From Acidimicrobiaceae bacterium (GTDB lineage: Bacteria > Actinomycetota > Acidimicrobiia > Acidimicrobiales > Bog-793): a stretch of 61,514 bases of DNA. Position 1 is the stretch's first letter; the number at the start of each line of letters is the position of its first letter. Location of the stretch: contig PLIM01000101.1 of the NCBI GenBank assembly GCA_003139355.1, positions 1-61,514 of the forward strand, in the 5' to 3' direction. Below are positions 35,601 to 45,016 of the stretch, one piece after another. Under the pieces are notes generated by a model that searched no databases, was not told the origin of the DNA, and saw only the letters and a list, made by a program, of their open reading frames with translations. The translations under genes were made by a program, and so were the position numbers.

Positions 35601-36479
35601 TCATCGCGTACCGAACCACTGCTCACGCCACGGGAACAGGTAGCCGTCGGTCACGGCGTTGAGGACCCGCCGGGCGTCCCTGAAGTGCTCGGCCATGTGA
35701 CCTGCGACGGCCAAGGTGGCGGTCACGGGGCTCCCGCTGGCGGCCGTGGCGGAGGCCACCGCCGCCGCGTACCAGCGGGCACCGAGGAACTCGAGGAGGG
35801 CTTGGGCGCCAAGCTCTCCGGCACAGTCGCTTTGCAGGCCCGACACTCGTAGCAGCCGGTCGGTGGCCGCCCCGCTGCTGAGCTCCGGCGGGTGGTCGGG
35901 AAACACGCCCAGCAAGAACAGGGCCAGGTCGCCCAGTCGGCGGTAGATCCCCGGGCGCTCGCCGGCCTCGACGACCTCGAGCAGCTCGGCCAGGCGCCCC
36001 GGGTCCAGCTCGCTGAAGCGCCGGCGGCGCCACCCGCGGGCGGTACGGGTCCAGGTGACCCCGCTGGCAACTCTGGTGTAGGACGCCAGCAGCTCGACGA
36101 GGAAGTAGCGCCGCGCCGGCTCTGAGAGCAGCGCCCGCAACGCCACCACGTCGAACACCGGGATCCGTAGGCGCGGCGCCCGTCTTTCCTCGACGAACTT
36201 GACCGTCTCGAGCGCCGCCGCCGTGCGGTGAACGGCAGTGGCGAACGCCAGGAACGGCGAGACTCCGACCGACACCCGGGCGCGCTCGTCGGGACCGAAG
36301 ACCACCGCCTCCACCGCTGGTGAGCCGAGCGCGACGCTCACCGGGACGTCGCCACCGGCGGCGGTGCGCAACAGTCGCCGGTCTGCGTCGCTCAGGTGCT
36401 GGAGGTAAAGAAGTTCGAGATCGGCCATCTCCGACACCGAAACTACCGACGAGGTGGGACCGGCTGGATCGGCTGTCAC
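35601..36479 (-). CDS. hypothetical protein (292 aa)
   Basis: Long ORF with good coding-like composition. No motif recognised. The start is uncertain (GTG 36479 or ATG 36428). Confidence 0.6.
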   Translation of the reverse strand: MTADPAGPTSSVVSVSEMADLELLYLQHLSDADRRLLRTAAGGDVPVSVALGSPAVEAVVFGPDERARVSVGVSPFLAFATAVHRTAAALETVKFVEERRAPRLRIPVFDVVALRALLSEPARRYFLVELLASYTRVASGVTWTRTARGWRRRRFSELDPGRLAELLEVVEAGERPGIYRRLGDLALFLLGVFPDHPPELSSGAATDRLLRVSGLQSDCAGELGAQALLEFLGARWYAAAVASATAASGSPVTATLAVAGHMAEHFRDARRVLNAVTDGYLFPWREQWFGTR

Positions 36480-36613
36480 CGCTGGACGTGCAGTCCTGTC
36501 ATGGTCTTGCGACCAGTCTCGTGTCGTCAGGAAGCCAGGGTCTTGCCACCGCTTGGTTCACCTGCGCTCGGAATCGGCTTGGTCACGGTCGGCGAGTTGC
36601 CGGAGGACTCCCG

Positions 36614-38782
36614 CTATCGGGGGGCGTAGACCTGGCTCACGTAGTCATCGATCATGCGCGTCGCGCAGTACTTCGGGCCAAGGGTTCGCATGGACGCGCG
36701 TACCCGTTGCAGCCAAAGCTTGGGAATCCCACGATCGTCGCGCTCGTGGAACGACGGCTTCACCTCATCCTCGAGCACGGTGTAGAGGGTCGCGGCATCA
36801 CGCTCGTCCTGTGCGGCTTCATCAGGGTCGACCTCGCCATCGATGCCCCAGCCGTTCGACCCGTCGAAGCCCTCCATCCACCAGCCGTCGAGCACGCTCA
36901 CGTTCAGGCAGCCGTTCAGAGCGGCCTTCATGCCGCTCGTGCCGCTCGCCTCGAGCGGGGGGCGTGGCAGGTTGAGCCAGACGTCGCAGCCGGCGATCAG
37001 GGTGCTGGCGACGCTCAAGTCGTAGTCCTCGATGAAGACCGCGCGATTGTCCACCCCGGGCGAACGCTTCAGCGCGAACATGCGCTGTGCGATCGCTTTC
37101 GCCGCGTCGTCGAGGGGATGAGCTTTGCCTGCAAAGACGAATTGCGCCGGTTGGCCATGATCGAGCAGATTCATGGCTCGGGCCGGATCGTGCAAGACCA
37201 GGTTGAGCCGCTTGTAGGTCGCGAGACGGCGAGCGAACCCGATCGTGAGGAATGAAGGGTCGAACGCGTCGGCTCCGGCCTGCACAAAGTCGATGTCCTC
37301 GCCACGTGCGAGGCGATCGACCACGACCTTCCTCCGTATCATCGCGACCAGATCGCGCCGCTGTTCGCAACGGACCTCCCAGAGCTCCTCGTCCGGGATC
37401 GCCTCGACGCCGGCCCAGACCGCCGGGTCGGATGCGTGCCGCTCCCAGCCCTCGCCAAAGTGGCGGGTCAGTAACGCCCGCATCGGCGGGGCCATCCAGG
37501 TCGGGAGGTGCACAGCGTTGGTGACGTGGCTGATCGGCACCTGGTCGGTCGCGCCGAGCGGGAACATCTCGTGCCACATGCCGCGCGCGACTGACTCATG
37601 GCGCGCGCTCACTGCGTTCGTCGAGCGGGCCGCATGGATCGCCAGGGGTGTGAGGCCGCTGGCCTCGCCCACATCGGCTGGGTGCACGCGGCCGAGCTCT
37701 ACCAGCGCTTCGCGGTCGAAATGCAGCTCGTCGGCCAGCGATCCGAGCACCGCGAGGACCTCCTCGCGGGTATAGGTCTCATTGCCAGCCTGCACGGGGG
37801 TGTGAGTCGTGAACACGAAGCGCTCGCGGCCGCTTTTGAGCGCTGTCGCCAGGTCACCGATGTCGTGGTTCGAAAGGCCGGCCATTCGCGACGCGACAGC
37901 CAGGCTGGCCAGGGCGGCATGGCCCTCGTTGAGGTGGAACAGGGCGGGTGTGATCGACATCGCCTCGAGTGCACGAACCGCACCTACTCCCAGGAGGGCG
38001 TACTGAGCGAGGCGGATCGCGCGGTTGCCCTCGTACAGGCGTGCGCTGACCCAACGCTGCAGGGGGGTGTTCTCGGCGACATCTGCGTCAAGGAGGTAAA
38101 GCGGCACGCGGCCGACATCGGTTCGCCACACGTGCGCGGCGAGGAGACCGTCCCAGACCGGGATCCTGACCGTGAGTGGAGAACCATCGGAGTTACTGAC
38201 GCGCACCACGGGCAGCATCTCGGGATCGGCTTCGATCCAGTACTCCTGTTGCCATCCTGTCCGATCGACGCGCTGGTGCAAGTATCCCCGGCGATAGAAC
38301 AGGCCGACGCCGACGAGCGGCAACCCCTGATCGGACGCCTCCTTCAGCAGATCACCGGCGAGCACCCCGAGCCCTCCCGAGTACACCGGCAGCGACCGGT
38401 GCACGCCGAACTCGGCGCACAAGAACGCGACCGGCCCACTACCGAGGTCCGTCCGGGCCGGGCGAGCAAGGTCGGCATCGAGCACCTGGGCGACCATGTC
38501 GACACGGGCGAGGTACTCGCCGTCGGTTGCGGCCTCAAGCAGCGAACGCTCGGACAGGTCTCGGAGGAAGCGAACGGGATTCTCACCGCTCAGAGAGAAG
38601 CGGTGGGCCCCGAACTGCCGGAAGAGCTCTCGGCCGCCCGGTGTCCACGACCAGCGGTAGTTGTAGGCGATCCGAGCCAGGGAGTGCAGCGACTCCGGCA
38701 GCCGACGCGCCAGGCCTTCGACGGCTATGGCCAGGTCGCTCGTGCCGTCGAGGTGGGGATCGCGATCGCGAAGCACGGTCAT
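36614..38782 (-). CDS. glgP: alpha-glucan family phosphorylase (GT35, short actinobacterial type)
   Basis: YFCAEFG-type region FLCAEFGVHRSLPVYSGGLGVLAGD and PLP-Lys motif EASGTSGMKAALNG. Confidence 0.92.
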   Translation of the reverse strand: MTVLRDRDPHLDGTSDLAIAVEGLARRLPESLHSLARIAYNYRWSWTPGGRELFRQFGAHRFSLSGENPVRFLRDLSERSLLEAATDGEYLARVDMVAQVLDADLARPARTDLGSGPVAFLCAEFGVHRSLPVYSGGLGVLAGDLLKEASDQGLPLVGVGLFYRRGYLHQRVDRTGWQQEYWIEADPEMLPVVRVSNSDGSPLTVRIPVWDGLLAAHVWRTDVGRVPLYLLDADVAENTPLQRWVSARLYEGNRAIRLAQYALLGVGAVRALEAMSITPALFHLNEGHAALASLAVASRMAGLSNHDIGDLATALKSGRERFVFTTHTPVQAGNETYTREEVLAVLGSLADELHFDREALVELGRVHPADVGEASGLTPLAIHAARSTNAVSARHESVARGMWHEMFPLGATDQVPISHVTNAVHLPTWMAPPMRALLTRHFGEGWERHASDPAVWAGVEAIPDEELWEVRCEQRRDLVAMIRRKVVVDRLARGEDIDFVQAGADAFDPSFLTIGFARRLATYKRLNLVLHDPARAMNLLDHGQPAQFVFAGKAHPLDDAAKAIAQRMFALKRSPGVDNRAVFIEDYDLSVASTLIAGCDVWLNLPRPPLEASGTSGMKAALNGCLNVSVLDGWWMEGFDGSNGWGIDGEVDPDEAAQDERDAATLYTVLEDEVKPSFHERDDRGIPKLWLQRVRASMRTLGPKYCATRMIDDYVSQVYAPR

Positions 38783-38794
38783 CGGTCTGTGAAC

Positions 38795-40873
38795 CTAATG
38801 GTTCGGCGGGACGAGCTCACATCCGACGAGGGTACTCGGCCACTCGACCGACGCCGCCTTGGCCAGGATGCTGAGTGCACCCAGTGCCGCGACCGTCTCC
38901 TCCGACACCGAAGCGTCGCGTAGCACAGCGAGGGCGGCACCCATCGTGTCGATATCGCGAGACTGCAGTGGAGCGGCGGCGGCGGCGAGCGCTGCAAGCA
39001 CCGCTGCGTCATCGACCTCTGCTGTACGTGTCCGCAGGCTCGCCGTAAGACAGCAAAGAGCGAGGAGCGGGTCGGTGTCGGCACTTCCCGTCAGGCGGGC
39101 GGCGCCGACGAGCGCAACGACGTCGGAGCCGGCTTCGGCCAGGCTCGTATCGCGCCAACGATCTTCCCCGGTGACACGGCTGCGAGCCACGGCACCCACG
39201 GCCCCAGTGCACTCGGCTTGGATCTCGACCACGGTGCGCCGCAGTGTCGGCGCGTGCTCGACTACGACCGTGCCACTTGCGCGACCGTCGACCACCTGGA
39301 CGTCCCGGGAGGTGACGGTCCATGCTCCGCGCCGTGCCGAGGAACGAACCGTCCCGGCTACCAGCTCGAGCGCGAACGCCCCGGCGACCGCCGTCGCGTC
39401 GACTCGGTGAGGCTTGACCAAGCGGGCCCAGAGATCGCGGCCGGTGAGCGCCGGATCCAGGTTCGATCTCACGGCGTCGAGGCGCCCGAGGAACCCTCCA
39501 GTGGCGTCGAGGTCGAGCACCCGCTCAGCGGTATCGAGCACGACGGCCGCGTGCCGCAGTGACAACAGGGTCTCGACTCCGGTGACCTCGGCAAAGAACC
39601 ACGCGCAGCTCGTGAACGCCGAAAGAAGGTGGCTTTGCAGTTCGAGCAGTTCGAGCGCGCGCGTCGTTTCGGCATCTGAACAGGCGCGGCCCGCTCGTCT
39701 CGACACGAACGCTTCGGGCGCCTCTGTGCCCGCCAGCACGACGCCGTAATCGACAAGCGCGGCAAGGGGGTCGCCCAACAATGGTCGCACGGCAGCTGCG
39801 ACCGGCTCCGCGAGGGTCGACCGTAGCCAGTCGAGCGCCTCGCGAAGCGGCGCCCGCCAGGACTGGTCCCATCCGGGCTGCGAACCCGTCGTGCAGCCGC
39901 AGTCCGCGCGCCACCGCTCCACGCCGTGCGCGCAGCTCCACGAGGACGGCGTGACGAGCTCGACCTCCCAGGTCGGTGGATGCTCCCGCAGCCACGCGCC
40001 GATGTTGGTGACCTCGACGCTCTCGGACCGCAATTCACGAGCCGCCCAAGCCAGCGCCATCTCGCCGAACTGCTGGTGATGCCCGTATGTCTCCCCGTCG
40101 GAAACGATCGCTATCAGCTCGTCGGCGCCATCTGCCGAGGCGGCAGCCCGAATGGCGCCCGTGAACGCGGCGCCATCGCGCAACAGTCCTCCGAACGCGA
40201 CGCCACGCGACAGCGGGCCGTGCCCGAACACCACCGTCATCGACCCACCGTCGGGCAACGCCACCAGGTACGGGCGGGTCGGGTCGATCTGTTCCCCGCT
40301 CACGTCGAGCCAGTCGCCCCCAGGCGCGCGCACGCGACGCGCCTGCTCCGGCATGAGAACGGTGAAGCCGATGCCGTGACGGGCGAGAGCGGCGAGCGTG
40401 TCCAGGTCAACTGCGGTCTCCGGCAGCCACATGCCTTCGGGCGGAGAACCGAAGCGCGCCTCGAAGTCGGCGACGCCCCAGGCGACGAGCACGTCGCGTT
40501 CCTCGGACGAGGCAAGCGGGAGGATCACGTGGATCGCCGGTGCCGCAAGCGCTGCTCCACTGGGTCGCCCGTCCGCTCCCCGAGCCGCGGCACGCACGAC
40601 GGTGTCGACATCGGGCGCATTGCTCACCAGCCAACTGTGGAGCGTCCCCACGATGTCGAAGCTCGCGATCGCAAAATTGTCACACGACGCATGCAGGCGT
40701 CGGTCGTCCGCCAGCACTGCGGCGACCGTATTGGGCCGGTAGCACTCCGCGGTGATCCGCTGGTTCCAGTCGTGATATGGGAACGCGTTGAGCTCAGGTT
40801 CCACGACGTCGAGCCAAGCGTCGGCGCGCGGTGGCTGGTAACAGTGGAGATGGAAGCAAACCGCGAGCGTCAT
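38795..40873 (-). CDS. glycoside hydrolase family 57 protein with a long C-terminal extension
   Basis: GH57 regions FHLHCYQP, MWLPETAV (nucleophile Glu region) and SDGETYGHH (acid/base Asp region). 692 aa. Confidence 0.85.
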   Translation of the reverse strand: MTLAVCFHLHCYQPPRADAWLDVVEPELNAFPYHDWNQRITAECYRPNTVAAVLADDRRLHASCDNFAIASFDIVGTLHSWLVSNAPDVDTVVRAAARGADGRPSGAALAAPAIHVILPLASSEERDVLVAWGVADFEARFGSPPEGMWLPETAVDLDTLAALARHGIGFTVLMPEQARRVRAPGGDWLDVSGEQIDPTRPYLVALPDGGSMTVVFGHGPLSRGVAFGGLLRDGAAFTGAIRAAASADGADELIAIVSDGETYGHHQQFGEMALAWAARELRSESVEVTNIGAWLREHPPTWEVELVTPSSWSCAHGVERWRADCGCTTGSQPGWDQSWRAPLREALDWLRSTLAEPVAAAVRPLLGDPLAALVDYGVVLAGTEAPEAFVSRRAGRACSDAETTRALELLELQSHLLSAFTSCAWFFAEVTGVETLLSLRHAAVVLDTAERVLDLDATGGFLGRLDAVRSNLDPALTGRDLWARLVKPHRVDATAVAGAFALELVAGTVRSSARRGAWTVTSRDVQVVDGRASGTVVVEHAPTLRRTVVEIQAECTGAVGAVARSRVTGEDRWRDTSLAEAGSDVVALVGAARLTGSADTDPLLALCCLTASLRTRTAEVDDAAVLAALAAAAAPLQSRDIDTMGAALAVLRDASVSEETVAALGALSILAKAASVEWPSTLVGCELVPPNH

Positions 40874-40879
40874 TGCCGC

Positions 40880-43800
40880 TCACACGCTCGAGCGCAGGAC
40901 GACAAGTGCGAGCGGCGGCAGCACGAGCAAGGCACTGTGATCGCGGCCGTGCCAGGGCGTCTCTGTCGTGTCGACCGAGTCGGGCAGCGGGTAGCCACTG
41001 CCGCCGAACTCCGACGCGTCGCTATTGACAAGCACCTTCCAGCGGCCGGCGTGCGGCATGCCGACGCGGTAGGCCTCTCGCGGCACCGGGGTGAAATTGG
41101 CGACGACCACGAGCACGCCGTCACCGCCGTCGCGCCGTTCGTAGCACAGCACGCTCTGCGCCCTGTCTTCGCAGTCGATCCAACCAAAGCCACTGTCGGC
41201 AAGGTCGTCCCGGTACAAGGACGGTTCGGAGCGGTACAACTCGTTGAGCCGGCGTACCCAGGCGGAGACGCCTTGGTGAGCGGGTGAGTTGAGCAAATGC
41301 CAGTCCAGGCTCGTATCGTGGCTCCACTCCGATCGCTGGCCGAACTCGCCGCCCATGAAAAGCAGCTTCTTGCCCGGTTGGGTGAACTGGTAGCCGTACA
41401 GGAGCCGGAGATTCGCGAACTTCTGCCACTCGTCGCCGGCCATGCGGCTGAGCAGTGAGCCCTTGCCGTGCACGACCTCGTCGTGCGACAGCGGCAGGAC
41501 GAAATGCTCGCTGTTGGCATAGACCGACCGGAAGGTCAACCTGTCGTGATGCCAAGGCCGGTGAATGGGATCGCGGGAGAAGTAGTCAAGCGTGTCATGC
41601 ATCCAGCCCATGTCCCACTTGAGGCCGAAGCCGAGCCCGCCTGCGTCGACCGGCCGGGAGACCCCCGGCCACGCTGTGGACTCCTCCGCGATAGTCATGA
41701 CATCGGGAAACGACCTGTACACCTCGGTATTGCAGGCTTGGAGCATCTCGATCGCCTCGAGGTTCTCGTTGCCACCGTAGCGGTTCGGGACCCACTCCCC
41801 GCTCTGGCGTGAGTAGTCGAGATACAGCATCGAAGCCACCCCGTCCATGCGCAGCCCGTCGGCATGGAACCGGTCGAGCCAGAAGCACGCGCTGGATATC
41901 AGGAAGCTGCGGACCTCACTGCGGCCGAAGTTGAAGATCCAGCTGTTCCAGTCGGGGTGCACTCGCTGGCGGATGTCGGCGTGTTCGTAGAGATGAGTGC
42001 CGTCGAAACTCCCCAACGCGAAGGCGTCGGAGGGAAAGTGCGACGGCACCCAGTCGAGGATCACGCCGATGCCGGCCTGGTGGAGCGTGTCGATGAAGGC
42101 GGCAAAGTCGTCCGGCGTGCCATAGCGGGCACTCGGGGCGAAGTAGCCCGTGATCTGGTACCCCCATGAGCCGTAGAACGGATGCTCCATGACCGGCAGG
42201 ATCTCGACGTGGGTGAATCCGTGGTGCTGGACGTGGTCGATGAGCCGAGGAGCAAGCTCCGCGTAGCTGAGCAAGCGGCCGGGCTCCTCAAGCACGCGTC
42301 GCCACGAACCGAGATGCACTTCGTAGGTCGACATCGGCTTGTCAAGGCGCTGGATTAGGCCGCGGCTGCGCATCCAGTCGGCGTCGAGCCATTCATGGCA
42401 AGGTTCCCAGACCACCGATGCGGTCTTAGGCGGCTCCTCGTTGGCGAACGCGATGGGATCCGCCTTGTCGAACTCGCCACCACCGAGCCGCGACAGCAAT
42501 CGGTACTTGTAGCGCATCCCGGCGGTGACGCCAGGAAGGAAGCCTTCCCAGACCCCCGACTCGCCGTGCGTCGAAAGTGGGTGTCGCGTGCCGTTCCAGC
42601 CGTTGAAGTCGCCGACCACGGCAACTCGTTCGGCATTCGGCGCCCAGACGCCGAAGAAGACTCCGGATACGCCGCCGACGGTCATCGGGTGGGCACCGAG
42701 CTTCTCGTACAGGCGGAAGTGCCGCCCCTCGTTGAACAGGTAGGCATCGGTGGAGTCGAGCCCGCTGACTCCCATTACCGTCTCGGCCGAGCGCGCCAGG
42801 CGACCGACGGAGTCAGAAGAGACCCGCCCGCGCTGGCTCCGAAGGGGTGCCAAAGCGTCGTGCACCGCTGGATCATCCACGATCTGCTCCAAAGTGGCGC
42901 TCGTCCGGCGCTGCCAGTTGGGTCGTTCTGTGCTCGTCCCCGGCAGGTTGGCCGATTCCGGTTCGCCGAGCAGGTCGTCAAGCTGCACGAACACAAGCCC
43001 GGCATCGCTGCGAGCCAGCGCGGCATGGACGGCGGCGAGTACAGCGACGGGCGCACCAGCACCGTCGGGCGCGTCGCGTTCGTCTGACCGGAACTCCTCT
43101 TGAGCTAACAGGGAAAGCCGCTCACGCAGGTGCGCCCGCTCGGTACGCTCCTCGCCTACCGAGGTCGCGCCCAACTGGCCGCACTCGACGCGCTCGTCGA
43201 TGTCACGACCGCTCCACCAGCCGGCGAATGTGGGCAGGTCGTGGGTCGAGAAAGCGGCGACACAACCAGCCGGCGGCGCCTCTAGCACTGGCTCGCCGGC
43301 GCCGCGAATGGAGAACTGCGCGACGTACGAGCGCCGAATGCCACTGCGCTGCATCCCCTCCCGCACTTCGTCGTCGACCGTGCCCAGGTCCTCGCCGATG
43401 ATGTCCGCGTGGTGGCGCTGGGCCTCGATCGCAACGACGGCAAGCTGCTCTTCGAATGGCATCTTCACATAGACGCCGTCGCGCGGCTCGGCGCCGTCGG
43501 GTATCCAGAACAGCCTTTGCAAGCCCATCACGTGGTCGATGCGCAGCATCCCAGCGACGCGCAAGTGGTGCGCGAGCGTGGCGCGGAGCTCCGCGTGACC
43601 GTTGCTACGGAGCGCTTCGGGACGCGTGGGAGGGAACCCCCACGACTGGCCTTGCGCGAAGAAGCCGTCCGGCGGCGCGCCGACCGACATGCCCGCCGCG
43701 TACTGGTCGCGATGACGCCAGACGTCGTAGCCGTAGGGGTGGATGCCCACAGGCAGGTCGAGTGCGAGGACTTGGCCACGCTGCGCAAGCCGCTGCGACA

Positions 43801-45016
43801 GCTCCGCCATCTGCTCGTGAACAATCCACTGGGCGTAAGTGTGACAACGCTCACTGACCGGGTCGACGTCGCTCCACCTCAGCAGACCGCCGCGCAGCGG
43901 CCCTGGCCAGCTGTGCCAGTTGACTCCGAAGCGATCGGTCGCCGCACGAAAGCGCGCGTAGTCGACGAGCTCGGGGCGCTCGAACAGGAAATGGCGTAGA
44001 GCTGTCTCACGACCCGTGTGCGAGCGCCCAACGGCAGTCGAGAGCGCTCTCAGGACCTTGCGCTTGGCTGCGGTCACGGCGGCACCGTCCACGATCGAGC
44101 CGTGCACCCAGGCGGCGCGCTGCTCTGCCGCATGTGGGCCAGAGATGAGTGCGTGCGCTGCCGGAGACCAAGCGAACTCTGGCACACGTTCCACGTCGAT
44201 CCAGCGTTCGTGCCAGAAGTGGCGGCTCACCGGCAGGTAGGGACTCGCCTCGAACGACTCCGGCCCGAACCCGGCGAGCAGCGGGAGTGTCGCGACCACA
44301 CTCGCTTGCTCCCTGGCGGCCAAGCGCGCGAGCTCGTCAAGGTCACTGAGGTCGCCCGATCCCCAGCTGTGAGCAGAGTGCAGCGAGAAAAGCGGCGCAA
44401 TGACGCCGAAGGCTCGCCAGTCCCTGGCAAAGCGCCCGCGGGCGCCCGTCACCGGCGCCACGATGACCGTTGCAGTACCTGTGCGGCCTCGCACACGCAC
44501 GGTGAAGCTGTGGTAGCCGGACTCCAGGATGGCCGGTAGCGGTACGGCGCCTCGGTACACGTTCCGGCCGTTGATGCGCTCGGTCGACAACGAGGCGAGA
44601 TCGTCGCGCCGGATGCGCCATTCGACACGGCCGCCCTCTTCGGATTCGATCGCGCACTCCAGGTCCGTGTCGGCCTCCCGCAGCCTGACGGGGATCTCGC
44701 CGCAGGACGTGTCGCTGAGGACGGCCACCGGTTCCACGATCTGCTCGACGCGCGCGCTGCGACGGCTGCGGAGCAGACGGGCCGCGTCGCTGGCCTGCCC
44801 GATCGGCGTGCCGAGCGCGTTCAACACCGCGAAGAGCGCCTCCGGATCGGCACAGCGACGCACGCCCGCGCCGTCCAGGTACTCGAGCACCACGCCGGAG
44901 TCGGCAGCGAGGGCCCGCAGCGTCGCCGGGATCTTGTGAGCCGTTGCCACGGTCGGTGTCAGTCCGACCAGGTGATGAGGTTGGGGACGCACGGGTCGGT
45001 GAGGGCGGGATGGCAC
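40880..45016 (-). CDS. fusion protein: 4-alpha-glucanotransferase (MalQ, GH77) + 1,4-alpha-glucan branching enzyme (GlgB, GH13)
   Basis: Uninterrupted 1378-aa ORF. MalQ motifs: [17 protein letters not shown] and STHDLPT. GlgB motifs: [49 protein letters not shown] and [13 protein letters not shown]. The start is uncertain (45016, or GTG 44950). Confidence 0.9.
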   Translation of the reverse strand: MPSRPHRPVRPQPHHLVGLTPTVATAHKIPATLRALAADSGVVLEYLDGAGVRRCADPEALFAVLNALGTPIGQASDAARLLRSRRSARVEQIVEPVAVLSDTSCGEIPVRLREADTDLECAIESEEGGRVEWRIRRDDLASLSTERINGRNVYRGAVPLPAILESGYHSFTVRVRGRTGTATVIVAPVTGARGRFARDWRAFGVIAPLFSLHSAHSWGSGDLSDLDELARLAAREQASVVATLPLLAGFGPESFEASPYLPVSRHFWHERWIDVERVPEFAWSPAAHALISGPHAAEQRAAWVHGSIVDGAAVTAAKRKVLRALSTAVGRSHTGRETALRHFLFERPELVDYARFRAATDRFGVNWHSWPGPLRGGLLRWSDVDPVSERCHTYAQWIVHEQMAELSQRLAQRGQVLALDLPVGIHPYGYDVWRHRDQYAAGMSVGAPPDGFFAQGQSWGFPPTRPEALRSNGHAELRATLAHHLRVAGMLRIDHVMGLQRLFWIPDGAEPRDGVYVKMPFEEQLAVVAIEAQRHHADIIGEDLGTVDDEVREGMQRSGIRRSYVAQFSIRGAGEPVLEAPPAGCVAAFSTHDLPTFAGWWSGRDIDERVECGQLGATSVGEERTERAHLRERLSLLAQEEFRSDERDAPDGAGAPVAVLAAVHAALARSDAGLVFVQLDDLLGEPESANLPGTSTERPNWQRRTSATLEQIVDDPAVHDALAPLRSQRGRVSSDSVGRLARSAETVMGVSGLDSTDAYLFNEGRHFRLYEKLGAHPMTVGGVSGVFFGVWAPNAERVAVVGDFNGWNGTRHPLSTHGESGVWEGFLPGVTAGMRYKYRLLSRLGGGEFDKADPIAFANEEPPKTASVVWEPCHEWLDADWMRSRGLIQRLDKPMSTYEVHLGSWRRVLEEPGRLLSYAELAPRLIDHVQHHGFTHVEILPVMEHPFYGSWGYQITGYFAPSARYGTPDDFAAFIDTLHQAGIGVILDWVPSHFPSDAFALGSFDGTHLYEHADIRQRVHPDWNSWIFNFGRSEVRSFLISSACFWLDRFHADGLRMDGVASMLYLDYSRQSGEWVPNRYGGNENLEAIEMLQACNTEVYRSFPDVMTIAEESTAWPGVSRPVDAGGLGFGLKWDMGWMHDTLDYFSRDPIHRPWHHDRLTFRSVYANSEHFVLPLSHDEVVHGKGSLLSRMAGDEWQKFANLRLLYGYQFTQPGKKLLFMGGEFGQRSEWSHDTSLDWHLLNSPAHQGVSAWVRRLNELYRSEPSLYRDDLADSGFGWIDCEDRAQSVLCYERRDGGDGVLVVVANFTPVPREAYRVGMPHAGRWKVLVNSDASEFGGSGYPLPDSVDTTETPWHGRDHSALLVLPPLALVVLRSSV

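Noticed and set aside
37598-41287. 441-aa and 453-aa plus-strand ORFs (37598-38923, 39926-41287)
   Set aside because: They are antisense to glgP, GH57 and MalQ-GlgB. No motifs, and Arg/Gly/Pro-rich.
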